From: Nitrospirales bacterium
GTDB lineage: Bacteria; Nitrospirota; Nitrospiria; Nitrospirales; UBA8639
Reading direction: 5' to 3'
NCBI GenBank assembly: GCA_965203295.1
Contig: CBDBCZ010000015.1
Location: 288,001-352,000 of the forward strand
Length of the DNA: 64,000 nucleotides
In this document: in pieces, positions 1 through 12,886 of the stretch
How positions within the stretch are numbered: position 1 is the stretch's first letter
How the letters are laid out: every line of letters begins with the position of its first letter
Notes under the pieces: model-generated
The model's database searches: none
The model's input: only the letters and a program-made list of their open reading frames with translations
What the model was told of the DNA's origin: nothing
Made by a program: the position numbers and the translations under genes

Positions 1-216
1 TAACATGTAGCTTCATCAGGAGCTGTATTCATGGCTGTGAAGGAGTGGCACTAATTGCATAAGAATGTTTCCCATTATGATAATTATGCTGATTAGTGGG
101 GTGGGCACATTTTCTCATGTATCTATCCATATTTCAGAAGATTGCAGCAGCAGTCTTCAGTGCCTCTAATGAAGCTATATCAGTCTGTATTCTCTACTGC
201 ATTTCACTCCATACAG

Positions 217-340
217 ACATCAATGAATGTGTAAGAGGCACTGATAACTGTGACATAAATGCAATCTGCTCAGACACTGAAGGAAGCTTTAATTGTACTT
301 GTATCACTGGATGTGAGGGCAGTACTAGTGCTGCTTGAAA
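217..340 (+). pseudogene. Calcium-binding EGF-like exon, damaged at 3' end
   Basis: ag|[32 protein letters not shown]. The last Cys is out of frame. Copies at 27188-27311 and 55811-55934. Confidence 0.85.
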
Positions 341-765
341 GTAACAATCTAATTGTTCTATCCTTACACACACAGAACAACACTAGACAGTAGACTACTA
401 CTTAGCTATCTTTGTTGAGTTGAATTGTTGAGAATGTAGAAACCCTCTTGAAATGTGGTACAGCAAAGACATCAAATTGCAAATCCATCTCAGTACACAA
501 GCATATATATGCCCCAGAAATTCAGGGCTGCTAGGTCAAATTCTATCGCTTCTGTGCCAAAAAATGGTTCGATGGTCAACCTACAAAAACTTGATTTTTC
601 CAAACCAATATATCCTGACACCAACAACTGATACATTGATACAAGCTCAACAAGAAACCATACATGAGCTGGTGCAAGAGTATAGGTAGCTTGGCTCATA
701 AACAGACAAGGACATACTACATGTAGTTACTAGCTATTTGTACTGTGACCATCACTTTCCTACAG

Positions 766-891
766 GTCCCCGTGTTAATGCAGGCTTCACTACATGCTGT
801 GACCCTGTGAATGAAAGAATGGCTGTTACTGTGATCATAGATTTAGAGATTGCTGTTTTGAAATACAAGCTACGTATCAATTGCTTTCCTG
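766..891 (+). pseudogene. Somatomedin-B-like Cys-rich exon, frameshifted
   Basis: ctacag|...AGFTTCCDP, then GCYCDHRFRDCCFEIQ..NCFP|gtgagt in a shifted frame. Copies at 27737-27858 and 56360-56481. Confidence 0.65.
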
Positions 892-1049
892 GTGAGTTGT
901 ACATAATGTGTCTGGACATGTGGTTGTTCAGATTTTATGTAAGCACTTAATAATCAAAGCATATGGTAGTATTCCATTTGTAAGGATACCACAGAGAATT
1001 TGGACGCTGCATGTAACGTGTAAAAAATGGTGTGTTGAAAAGTCTGCTC

Positions 1050-1740
1050 TATTTTTCAGCCAAACTTGTCATTCTTGAGTGTTTTCATCTGTAACAAGAG
1101 TATTGTAATGTTGCTAGAGAGCATTCCTCAAGTACCTGTTTGACATGCCCGAAGTGAATTTGCTCACTCATGTGATTGCTCAATTTATAAGGGTGGTATG
1201 GTGGCAAGACCCTAAATCGTATCTACCTCGGTCTATATACCAGCTGTTGGCAGGCCTACAGAGCTGTCTGTGAAAAGTGATGTACTGACATTTTTTGACC
1301 ACAAGGATATATGATTTATTCTATTCATGGCACATGTGAGATGTTTTATTGTGAATTTCACGAAAGCTGATGTTCATCACACTGCTGTAATAACATCGGA
1401 GAAGTTCTCATCTCAAGCCATCAGTAATTCCTTCCCTATGCCAAGTTTAGCATCCATAAGCACTTCACCTTCTCCTATTTTGATCTCATTTTGCAAGTAT
1501 TAACTTCTTCTCCTAGCCACTATCAGTTCTTCCAGTGTAGTTTCATCTGCAGCTGACAGCAATCCCTCCCTCTTTGCAATATTCAGCCCATCACCACTTC
1601 TGGTTCACGAGTATGCATCAAAGGCTAATGTGCTGCTAAGTTCGGGTGTCCAAAATACATGACAGGTATTTGTGGTCCAAGTACAAACGTTTCCATATGC
1701 ATGTGCTCTTGAAGTATTACGTGGTATATTATAACTCATA
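1050..1740 (-). pseudogene. Decayed coding sequence of unknown product, probably transposon-borne
   Basis: Near-continuous frame with few stops: TRSGDGLNNAKREGLLSAADETTLEELIVARRRSQYLQNEIKIGEGEVLMDAKLGIGKELLMA*DENFSDVITAV. A possible upstream exon at 2570-2785 ends in gtaagt. Family not recognised. Confidence 0.4.
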
Positions 1741-1879
1741 TGTGATATGTACAGTTTAAAAGCCAGTTGAGTGTGAACACTGATAATTGTAGACATTGAT
1801 CAATTCTGAAAACTATAAGAGAGAATTATTTTTACTTTGTGCAATGATACCAAGCCACAAAATAACATTCTTATATCCA

Positions 1880-2207
1880 TTATTCAGGTACGGCTTATAT
1901 CCTCTATTTGTGAATATGGCTGGTGGGATTACGATGTGACTAGCTACAATTACCAATGCTGAAGAACATGGCAATCTTGGTGTGCTGAAAGGAGTGTTGA
2001 GTCTATATATAGTGCAAGTTACTGCTAAGGATTCCAGTGTGGGGTCAGGTGCCTATATATGATATTGTTGTGCCATGGAGTGTGTGTGGTTGGCAAGATA
2101 TTGATGTAGGGATGGTAGCTAATTTGTGAACGTTCTGTGGTGTCATTTCTACCTTGTTTGGTTACTTTATTAAGGATTTATCCCTACATGCTCTTTCAAA
2201 ACTTATT
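1880..2207 (+). mobile_element. Old relic related to the 3' end of the rolling-circle element at 44870-47254
   Basis: Shares GTGTGGTTGG.AAGA..TGTAGGGATGGTAG and ATCCCTACATG, in the same order, with 47061-47210. Left boundary uncertain. Confidence 0.4.
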
Positions 2208-2849
2208 CCTGCTATTTTTTGGAGGAAATGCCCATTGTGTATTACGGTTGTGTGGGCTAATGAGTTGTTGTAAAGTGGAGCATATGTGCGGTTCAGTACA
2301 GCGAGTGTCTGGGTTTGTTGGGACGAATCTCCAGTAGAGTAAGTGAGAGGGTGTCCGGACAGTAGGGTTTGTCCAGAAGTGTGATAAATCTCATTCCTAC
2401 GGTTTTCTGCCTGCGCTTGTATGCATAGCAAGTAGACAACAGTAGTTTGTGATACATAACAAAGGCAGACAGAAAAGGCCCAGAGAATGAGGTAACCCCA
2501 CCATCTGGACACCCCCTCATTTACATTTACCCTACTTCTACCCGGTAATCCCATTAGAACCTACGTACTTACAGATGAGTGACTGGGTGAATCTTTCTTG
2601 TATGCTGACACCAGTTGAAATCTGGCTACACAAGAATATGCGTATCATTATTTTTTTCAACAGCACCTCTGGCCAGAAGTCGTTTGGACTAGTACTTGTG
2701 CCAACCAAATATAATCAGCCACATGAGTAAGTGTATTCCAGCTAAACTTCATGTAGCAGCTCAAGCCCTAGTGGGCACAATCCAAGTGTATTATTTGCCC
2801 TTGACCGTTACTTAATTGTCCTCGTGCAATCCCGTAATCACTGCAAACT

Positions 2850-3372
2850 GGTATCTAAATAACTTAGTTTCTACACTTTGCCGTACTTTACAATACAGTA
2901 GTGAAGTGTGGGCTTGTAAGAAATGGCAGACAACTTCCCTCCTTAAAATCTATTCAGCTAGGAGCAGCTAAAAAATAAGTAATGATCTCAATGAAGAGTT
3001 AGAAAGACAGAGGGGTATAAATGATGATAGGCAGTGTGAGTCATGTGGAATGAATGTGGGAATGTAGTACACGTGCTTTGGGAATGTCCTTTGTATGATA
3101 GCTTACCATTGCGGGGACGGGGTGAGATTGAAGTTTAGTGCACTTAATTATTTTAACAGAACAGGCTTTATTTCAGGGTGTTAGAATTGTGATAGGTATA
3201 CTTTAGTAACAGTTTTATAAATAATCTGGGAAGAATAATTATACGGTGATCAGGATGGTGCAACATGTATATAGTTGCTGTCCTCTGTCTTCAGATCCTA
3301 TAAGCTGAGCCTACATATGTGGGTGTGTGGTCAATGGCGTAAGCTCTATGACAGCAGTACGAGTTTATTATT
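2850..3372 (+). mobile_element. Internally deleted 3' fragment of a non-LTR retrotransposon (LINE)
   Basis: Same family as 7820-9233 in opposite orientation: SEVWAC, VVHVLWECP, GDQDG and a similar 3' tail. Copy near 29830-30347. Confidence 0.7.
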
Positions 3373-4967
3373 GTGACGTATTTATCAGTGCACAACAGCT
3401 GCCTTAGTTCTATGAAGTGTGTGATGAGAAATTTAGCTTATAATTCCCTAATGGATGTAGAGCCAGACTTCATACCTCAGTATCTGATAGCCTAAGGTTC
3501 ATTCATGCAATTATTACGTTACTACAAGCAAATTCAACACCAAAGAAATCTTGCCTAAAGATGCCAGGTTTTTTGGAAATCTAGTTGCATGTCAATACTT
3601 TAATCTTTTATAGTTTGTCTGTCCATCTGTCATGGATGGCGAGAATGCATATAGTAGTCCTTACCACCACCCAAGTACAAAGTACAGTGGGTGAGCAGAG
3701 CTGTAGATATAAGTGTGATATACAACAAATTCTGAATCATGACCTGGGCATGGCTATGTAGGGTGTATTCATGACTCAACTTTATAGCAACAAACTATGC
3801 AATGGATCAGGGGCCATAGGAGCAGATGCTTCAGCCACCAGTCCAATGCTCAGTGCACCAACCAAAAAGAAATATTCAGATCGAGGTGCAAAATGAACGA
3901 TATCACACACATGGTGTAAGCTGAATACAGTGAATAAAGCAGCCAGTCGTATTACCAACATGGCTGTGCCACACTTCCTGTTTCAACCAATCATAGTGTT
4001 TAGTTTTCCAAAGTGACAGTTTGGTTCGAAGGGTGATGCACGATCGCTACGTGCGATATGCACTTATGTGCATCCTTAGGTGACAATACATACATACACA
4101 GCCTGAGAAAGAAGCGTGTTTGCATCATTGAAGTAATTATTGTGCTAAACTGGCTGAAGAGAAAAAAGTTAACAGTTGAGTATAGGTCATACAGGAGTAC
4201 ATCTTGAGTATATAGTGTTCTGAAGATATGATTTTATGTGTGTTATATGAAGTGGCCATTATTTCCCTGTGCCATCCCTACGTATGGAGTACTACCATAC
4301 TCCATGATATACAGCCTACGTGCCTAACTATATGTAAAAATACTTTCGACAAAATTCATGGAGCCATCGTTTCACTTCACAACCTTTGTCAGTGCCAGTG
4401 GTATTTTCGTTTGCGTTACTGCCATTTACTGTGCAATAATGTTGTGATGACAACCCAACAAATATTGTCATAATTCGATTTGATTGTGCCATTACTGACT
4501 CTTAGTGCTGCCATATTTCCTATTATAACATACTTGATAATCAGTTCCAGGGGTGTGAAACAATTCATACGCATGAAAAATCAATAGTAGTAACATTTCC
4601 ATTCATTTTTGAAGCGCTCAGCAGAAGCTCAGAGGCTTAAATAGAGCCAATAAAAGCAAATGACAGGAATATCAGCCCCATACAGCTGCATACGTGTATG
4701 TATGTACTTTACTGGGCTGCGAGATTTAGAAAGGACGGTGTTAATTGGTCATCTTTATCTCTATCAACACATCTGTTACCGGTAATTTACTATATCCGGC
4801 CAAGAACCCCGTTTTAGGTACGTATTTTCCTTACTGAAATGAGCACAAACCATACCTCCTATTTCCTTCCTGTGGCACACGGGTGGGTGTAATGCAGCAA
4901 TTCAGTTCCACCTGCTGCTGTAGAACTTTATAATTTGATTTTAGATCTGGATCCCTCCTTTGCATAG

Positions 4968-5110
4968 GTGGAAAAAAGTGTCCATCATGTAACCAACATT
5001 TGGTTCATGACAAATGGAATCTCTCCCCGCGTCTGGCAGAAGATAGGTGGGCTCATCAGGAAGCCAGAAAGAGAGAAATTGCTGAAGTTGCTGACTTTTT
5101 AGGATTTTAA
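4968..5110 (+). CDS. Intact terminal exon with a CxxC motif; upstream exons not found in the unit
   Basis: tgcatag|(G)GKKCPSCNQHLVHDKWNLSPRLAEDRWAHQEARKREIAEVADFLGF*. Open frame, phase-1 acceptor, protein-like composition. Confidence 0.7.
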
Positions 5111-6705
5111 TCCTTGATGTAACTATGTATGGAGATCTCATTTCATACCGTAAAGCAAATTTTGATCTGCATATTTATTTTTGAGACTACAGTACTTGAT
5201 ATGTCATACACGTTTGTGAGTCTACTACAACATCGGACTCAACATAGCAGCTGGAGGACAGGATCATGTATCTTGCTTCTGTTGTATAAAAAACGTCAGC
5301 CGTCACCTGTATACAAATCCAGTAACTAGTCTCATGAAAATCAGACACATGCAGCACTGATTAGGAAGCCTTGCACCTCACAGTTGGAGGATACCCACCA
5401 GTTTTCACTTTTGAGTTTCCAAACAGCTATATCAGTTTTAAGTTGACAATTGTATCAGTGACTGTACTGTGCAATAATCCTATTATATGTGTCTGGATAC
5501 TGTCATCAACTATGCAAAATTCACTGCATGAATAACAAAATAGCCTTGCACATGTGAATAACAGGCCAAGCAAGGGCAGAGGTGCAGCACAATGCTATTT
5601 GGGTACATCAGTTCGGCCCATCAATTCTGGCATTCATAAATTGCCTTATCAAGAAATATGCCTAGTTAATTAAATTTTCTATATTTACCCACAGATACAA
5701 GACTATAATCAGTATATGTAGCAGTGCTTAATTGCCTGGTTCTCAGGTTTTCCTTTTTCCAGTCTGGGTTAAACATGTAGGGAGAAAAGTGGAGGAAAGT
5801 GATATGAATAACTGTATGGTGATCTGTGAAGACTGAAACTGTAACATCTACCAGTCAGCACTGAATGAAAAGAAATTAATTAATGATGTGATTCAAACAC
5901 AGCAGACAAATGACCATACAATATTTAAACTTGGTATTAGAAAACTAGTATACTTAGAATCTGTTGTTATCTCAAGTTTGATTGCACAGTAAGTGTTATG
6001 TTCCAGAGTTATGCACTAGTGAATTCCGTCCACTTTCCACAGACACTGTAGTAGGGGTGCCAAACATTGCTCCCCCTAATACATTGTCTATGGCAATTGG
6101 ACACAGTTCACTGCATGGTTTATAATTATCCCCAGTATTTAACAAGCGGTTGTAATCAAACTTGAGATGACATCAAAGTACATTGTCCAGTACATTCTAG
6201 TTGAAAATCAGGATAATCCGAACAATTAGTGAACAGAAAGTGACGTCGTGAAGAAAACAGCCAATGCTACTTATGTACATACGTACATCACTCCGCACAG
6301 CTTGGTCCCAGCATGCACACATTCTGATCATGGACCAGTGCATGCTGTATCTCTTCTTCTGGCCTTTCTCAGTGCATAAATAGGATGGATCACTCCCATC
6401 TTGTCCTACAGAAAAGAATGTGGATATTCATGTGACAAGACAGAAACTATCCACTGACAGTACTGAACACGAGTGCTGTGAGCAAGGCAGTCATACAGCT
6501 GTACATGAAAGGTGGTTTGTGCTGTTAGCCATTTGTGAGACGACGACATGCACTCACAATAATTTATATGAGTATCCATATAGTGCACCAAGGACTGCTG
6601 GCTGTACGTATGTGGTAATGGGTGTGACGGGTATAATGTACATCCTCAACCTCTGTACATTAATTTCCCATTCATCCAGTTTCTCTACTGTTTTGTGTGC
6701 TAAGT

Positions 6706-6890
6706 ATAGGTTAGATCACAGCAACGAGGGCTCTAACTGACATAGACACCCGTGGGAAAATCAGAGCCTAAGGGCGCAGCCCGAGGTCAATTAACACAGT
6801 CAGAGGGTGAGGGATTTTCCCAAGGGTGGTCTACATCAGTTAGATCCTGAGTGCATGCTGTGATCTAACCGACTTAGGCCATGCACTGCT
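6706..6890 (+). mobile_element. Hairpin element of the GGGCGCAGCCCGAGG family, old copy
   Basis: Arms GGTTAGATCACAGCA / TGCTGTGATCTAACC, central AGGGCGCAGCCCGAGG, followed by GACTT. Same layout as 25727-26064. Copy near 33675-33860. Confidence 0.7.
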
Positions 6891-7392
6891 GTTACTGTAA
6901 ATGAATTTTCATGTGGGTGCTAAAAGTGATATTATGTACACAGGGATTTAACTGACATGAACACCCAGTATCTAACAAAGATTATTCATGAGTGGTCTTA
7001 TGATTCTTTGGTGAAAATCAATAATGAGTGAACAGAAGTGACATTAGTGCAATCATAACTCATGCAAGATTAGTCGAAATAAGGGGGGGGCCTCACTTCA
7101 TACACATTTATTCCTTCTGCCAAGTAACGATGCCACACCACTTAGCTGCTGGCTGCAAAAAGATCAGGTGGCTCTACATACAAGCCCATTCAGTCCCAAT
7201 TTGCATACAGCCAATATAGCTCAGAGGTACAGTGCATTATGTAGCAGCATCTCCACCTTGTCCTGCCACACATGTCATGTTAGTAGTACACACTAGATCC
7301 AAACGCATCTCTTACCACATGTGTATCCATGCAACAATGCTACGTATCCTAGAAAGAGCAAATATGACATGAATACAACATGGATATTCCTA

Positions 7393-7718
7393 ACAATGTT
7401 TCATACAAAGGGAGGGGGGCGCATTGGGATCTCCTTCCACCCCTTCCCTTCAGAATTATGATGTCATATTTACTGATGCTACTCTGATTTTTAATTCAAG
7501 TGTTGCATAGTTAGTTAGCTGCCAAAGCCACCAGAATTATATAAGATTGGGGGACAAGCCCCCAGACCCCCTAGAAGGGTGTGGTTTGCACATAGTTCGT
7601 TTCACAAGGTGTACACGTAAGTGATGGCTAGCTTCTAATGAGTGATTATTGCATACATTGACTATCCCTAAGCATTAAGTCTCCATCCCACAGCAAAAAA
7701 TCTTGTATGAAACTCTGC
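7393..7718. mobile_element. Decayed hAT-like MITE
   Basis: Imperfect TIRs CAATGTTTCATACAA / TTGTATGAAACTCTG, internal GCCCCCAGACCCCC motif, flanks CCTAA / CTTAA. Confidence 0.5.
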
Positions 7719-7819
7719 TTAAGAGTGACAGTATGGCCAAGCTTAAAGATACACTGCCAAGTATAATGATAAAATTCAGCGCAAGTAAAAAATGGTACAG
7801 CTAGTGCCCCAGAGCAGAA

Positions 7820-9233
7820 GAAAATACTCATGTTGTTGCCGTAGTACTTGCGCCATTGATCACATGTACCCACATACGCAGGCGGAACTTGCATGATCTC
7901 CAGTCAGAGGACAAGAGCAAGAGCAACCAGACGTTTCACCGTCCTGATCACCATATATCTTATTCTTCCAAGTATCCCAGATTAATAATACAAAACTCTT
8001 AACTAGTTTTAATAAAGCCTTAAAATCATACCTGTCCCAATTTTCCACCCTATAATAAAGCCTGTTAATTCTCTTAATTATTGAGTGCACTATAATTTGC
8101 AAAACTGCCCCACAACTGTCTAATTCTCCCATGAAAGTATTTCTTATGGCAGCATGCACAGGACACTCCCAGAGCATATGTACTACACTCTCAAATTCAT
8201 CCGCACAACTTACACTGCCTGTCATTTTTACCCCCATGTCTTCCTTACACTTTATTCAGACCATTATATTATAATACCTAAATTTAAACAGCAACCGTGT
8301 TCCTGGATCCACTGAGAGTAATTCTTGAATTTTATTTCCTTACAAAAAGACTTGTACAGACTCAGTTTAACTTTACTATTTAAGTCATCTTTTATATTCG
8401 CTCTCAATATCTCAACTCTTTATCTACTCTCTCTAGAAACAAATTTACATTGTTATTATTTCCTGTCTGTCTTGATTCACTGTAGCAACAATTCACTGAT
8501 TAGTTTCCTCCAAGTCTTCTTCTACCTACCTCTACACAGATTCACTTCCCACTCAGAGTCTAGTAGTAATCTCTCATCATCCAAATATTATTTTTGACTT
8601 TATACCACCACTTAAGTTTGCACCTTTCCCTCCTGCCTTTTAAAGACTCTAACTCTATATCCCCTCTTACTGCTTCATTGCAGGTTTTAGAAGAGCAGCC
8701 AAGTTTCTTTTTAGCTGATTAGATTCCAAGGAAGCTGTCTGTCGTTTATTGCAAGCCTACACTTCACTACCATTACTCTAAAGTAGGGTGAAGTACCGAA
8801 ACTAACATGATAATTATCCTTCTTGCAACTGTACTGAAAATCCTATCACTTAGAAACCTATAGTTTTTTAATTCCACTATTTATTACCTTCTGTACATGA
8901 CCATCCCTTCAACCATTATTAGTAAATTCAATGCCCAAGTAACAGTAACTTAAACCCTTGGAATGTCTGCATTTATTACAAAAGCCCTGTACTACATCTA
9001 ATTAACATTTGTAAGTCCTCAGCATTTAGTAGTTAAACCTACAACATCATTAGCAAACATTAGACCCCCAACCTTAACATCCTTCTCCTTCTTAATAGTA
9101 ATGCCAATCCCAGCCTTCTCAACCTCTTCTAGAGAACATGGCAAAATACTACAACCCTGTGCCACTCCCTGACCTATATTGAATGGTTTGGATTTTTCTC
9201 CCTCCAGTAAAACAGCACTCATAAGAACCTTGC
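7820..9233 (-). mobile_element. 5'-truncated LINE: reverse transcriptase C-terminus and zinc knuckle, decayed
   Basis: VLLEGEKSKPFNIGQGVAQGCS, GLMFANDVVG (YADD box) and C..C..EFESVVHMLWECP. Many stops and frameshifts. Confidence 0.88.
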
Positions 9234-9504
9234 ATACAAAAGGAAAGTTCTCTGAATACTGTAAAGTGAAGTTAATGTGAGTAGTTGAAATATTGGCGGA
9301 ATTTCGAAAGTTGGTACTCAGAGAATTTTCCTTTCTTAAGAGAGTAGATTTCAAATAACGTTTACTTACACATTTTGCACTATTTCATACAGGGTACGGA
9401 GTTAAGCTCTCAAGGTGGTATACATGTTCCCACAGCATGAAAGTCTCAGGCAAAACCACATAATTGTATTGTTGTGAAAAATACGTTCAATTTGGCTGAA
9501 AAGA

Positions 9505-10026
9505 GGAGAATTAGACCTCCTTTTTGTAGGTGAACACAGTAAACCTGATGTACTCAGCTTTGAAGAGCAGACTCCAAGTGGATCAATGTTACTGGCAAAA
9601 AGATTTGCAGAAAATGTTTAGAAATGTTTTGTCTGCAACTTTTGAGAATTTTTGAAAATAATAACACCTACATGTACGTGGAACAGTTGGTTGTGAAACA
9701 TTGAAATCACCCTATAAAATTATTGTTGAACTTTTGCCATAATGATATTCTATCACTCTAAATTCAAAAATGAGTTTTGAAGATGTTGCAAATCACCTTT
9801 GAAACTCACTGACAAAACCGAAATACGATACATTTCATTAATTATGTGATGTTAACTATGTAGCCTGAACCTTTCACCACAGACTGTTCAATATAGGTGC
9901 TACTACACTTAAAATCTAATGTTTTGCCTGTAATTTTGATCCACTTGGAATCTGCTCTTCAAAGGTGGGTCAAACATGGTGCATCTGGTTTACTGCATTC
10001 ACCTACAAAAAGGAGGACTAACTCCC
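9505..10026. repeat. Imperfect ~100-bp inverted arms, non-autonomous DNA transposon relic
   Basis: CCTCCTTTTTGTAGGTGAA and TTTGAAGAGCAGACTCCAAGTGGATCAA (9515-9586) pair with 9935-10015. Confidence 0.65.
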
Positions 10027-12349
10027 AACGCTTCTCTTATCAGCCAATTTACCAATTTCAACAACAGGGTTGTAAATTCCTGTGGTTTACCTATCTAATT
10101 AAGACATTTATGTTGGCAGATTTACTTGTACCACTTTTGAGAAATCAACTCCAAACCCTGTAGAAAAATATATGGAACAGCATATGTACATACATATCTA
10201 CTCTTGCTCTGGAGCATGCAGAAGGGGTGAAACTTATACCACTATGATCTATAGGAGAAAGTAGGATTTTCCACTTTGGTGAAAACATGGTTGTTGAAGA
10301 CATTCATGACCCTTCCAGCACCTAGGCCTTGGACTAGAGAGCTATAAATTAGGGTTCAAGTCATCAAGTGCCAATCCAGTGAAGTACAAGCCACAGCATG
10401 GCTCATATCACTCTCCAAATGCAACAGTCCACAAGCAAAGCACATCACAACTACATGTAAATCACAGCTACATGCATATGTATATGTAAATAAATCTTGA
10501 AGACATTCAAAGTACAAGCCACCCTACAAAATGTCTGTCTTGCTCATGGCACCTCACAAGCAAGGCAATACCTGACAGAGGTTCCAGTTTAGATAAAATG
10601 ATCAGGGAGCTGAATCTACGTAAAACTCACAGCGGAGCACCCATACATTGTATATGAGTATAGATCCAGAGTAGGTTACACTGCTCCTGCACTAGAATTA
10701 GGCTAGCTAAACTGCTGCGTTTCAAAACCTAAATGACACACCACACCTAATCATATGACAGCAAGCTACTATGCCACCAGAGTTCATGCAAATACAACTG
10801 CAGCTATCAAAATTAATGCCTTGAGCTTTAGTTTCTGCTATTCTGTTAGTAGCACATCGTCTACTAATGTACTATCTATGCCTTACCCCAACATAGCTGC
10901 ACAGCCTTGCCTCAGCTGCTCAGTGCACTCATTCACTGACTGTAAACTAACATAGTACTCTACACTCCTCGACCTTCAGCTGCTCCACTCTGAGTAAATA
11001 TCCCCCCAATGATATTACTGCATGACTGTCACTCACAGTTCTTGCCAACATCTATAGGTATATAAGCCCAAAGAAATTGTCCGCAGTCTCAAGAAGCCAC
11101 CAAAAGCGACCTTAGAGCACTTAAGATTCAAAGGGAATATGCTGCTAAAGTCTTTCCCACCTCAACCAAGTGAATCTGTATAAAGATCTGATTAGGGCTG
11201 TACAGTTAAGGACAAAAATAGCTTCTCACCACCACACTGGGGTACGCAGTAGAGTATGTTTTTCAGTTATTTTCTTTCCCTGATTCCTTGGCAAGCTGAC
11301 AGAGTGAGATAATAGATAAAAAATCAACACTAGCAGTGGCTAGCAGAGGTACTATTATTAGAGTGGTAGTTATGTGCTTAAGTCATAGCAGGGAGCTAGT
11401 GCTGTTATCTCAGTACAGAACTAGTGCAAATTACGTATAATAAATCTCAGCACAAACACTCATAGAACCATCATGTAGTATTTCCTATAAGCAGAACGTC
11501 CAATATCCAAAATCACTGGACATTGCACTCGTCTTGCTTGATCTGGTTCATTCTTCAGACTCAGCCAAAAACAGTACAGACTCGTCCAATATCCAGTGAT
11601 ACTGGATGCTGTTCATCCAATAACATGATCTAGTACACATGTAGGCTCACATGGGAACTCACCGCTAGCTCAAGAATTCTCACTCGGCACATTTTTGAAT
11701 TGGCTAGAACAAGTATTCAAAATATTTCATAGCTCAGTTGGTTCCTATGCTCAACAGTATAATATTATGACAGGACACATGCTAGTAGAATAGCACAGCT
11801 CCAGTCTGGGATCATACCTGCACAAACAACCCTTCTGGAAAGGAATCTCCAATCTCAAAAGGGCTGTGATACCCACGCAGTTCTGACAGCACCATTTGTT
11901 GTGATCTTGGATTTGAAAGTATAACTATGTACTACAGTTCACATTTTCTGCAATGCGTATTCTGTCATCTGATTGGTTAGCACACTTCAAAAGTCTCTTT
12001 CTCCTACACAGCTCCATGTACAACTAATAGAGGTCGCCATATCATGGTATGGTGGGACTACTGAAGTTGTGGTAGCTGTGACAGGTGATACATCAACAGA
12101 ACAGAAACTGTATGCAGTGTACATGTATAGTTCATCATATGTATGTATGAAGACAAGCGTCTTAATTGGGCTGAGAGATTCATAACAATTAATGTCTGTA
12201 TAGCAGCCACTCAGTATGCTCACTGATCTGACGTATCGTCCTGACCTTACTGCAGCAGTTTTATACAGGAAGTTTGAATGTACATCTCTTGCTTGCAATC
12301 AGTTTAGCTTGTAAACTCTCAATGCCTAAACCTAGAATTTATGGTTACA

Positions 12350-12886
12350 GGGGGTACTTTGCTGATATTCAAATCTCCAAATCAAGTGGATGGCTATGTT
12401 GACAACATAAAAGTATACACCAAATTGACAATAATTATGAACATAACCACACCCTCTACTAAAGAATCCACAAAAATGCATTTTCATTAATTTTACTAAA
12501 ATGAAAATTATCGGATCTGCTAGAGCCCCACTTACAGTATGACAATATCACCAGTACCTACATAGGAGACAGGCTAAAAATGTACTTTGGCTTTTTCACA
12601 AGTGTTTCAAACCCAAATTTATAGCCCAGAACGCATCTAACCACCCCAAAACGCTCATTTTCAATATCCTGCCTTTCAAAAAAAATTATATGCCTGTCCA
12701 CTTCCGCCCGGCTTAGCTGCCTTACAAACTTCAACCAACTCACAGCAAATATATGTTACATTCACCCCTCAATTATTCAAAACCACCCATCAAGGCACTC
12801 CCTATAAATCTTCACAAATTTTCACACAGCTAGCAAACCACAGCTCGCTATGCAAATGGACGGATCCTATGGACCGTAAAGGTTAA
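12350..12886. mobile_element. piggyBac-like non-autonomous relic, one end visible
   Basis: Ends GGACCGTAAAGG-TTAA. Non-coding interior inside an intron. Partner end not found. Confidence 0.4.

Larger units (their letters stand above)
1..2784. repeat. End of a preceding tandem segmental-duplication unit
   Basis: Near-identical to 26972-29759 and 55594-58831. The same ORFs recur at 96, 27067 and 55690. Confidence 0.95.

Noticed and set aside
2162..2554. 130-aa ORF and a Zator-like SFSGP motif
   Set aside because: Frames break differently in the three copies, and the region looks like non-coding transposon relics (GGGTGTCCGGAC / CTGGACACCCC inverted motifs).
5950..7270. Cys-rich exon-like segments (ECTGQC..., HECCEQG...)
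   Set aside because: Too decayed to assign frame, strand or domain.
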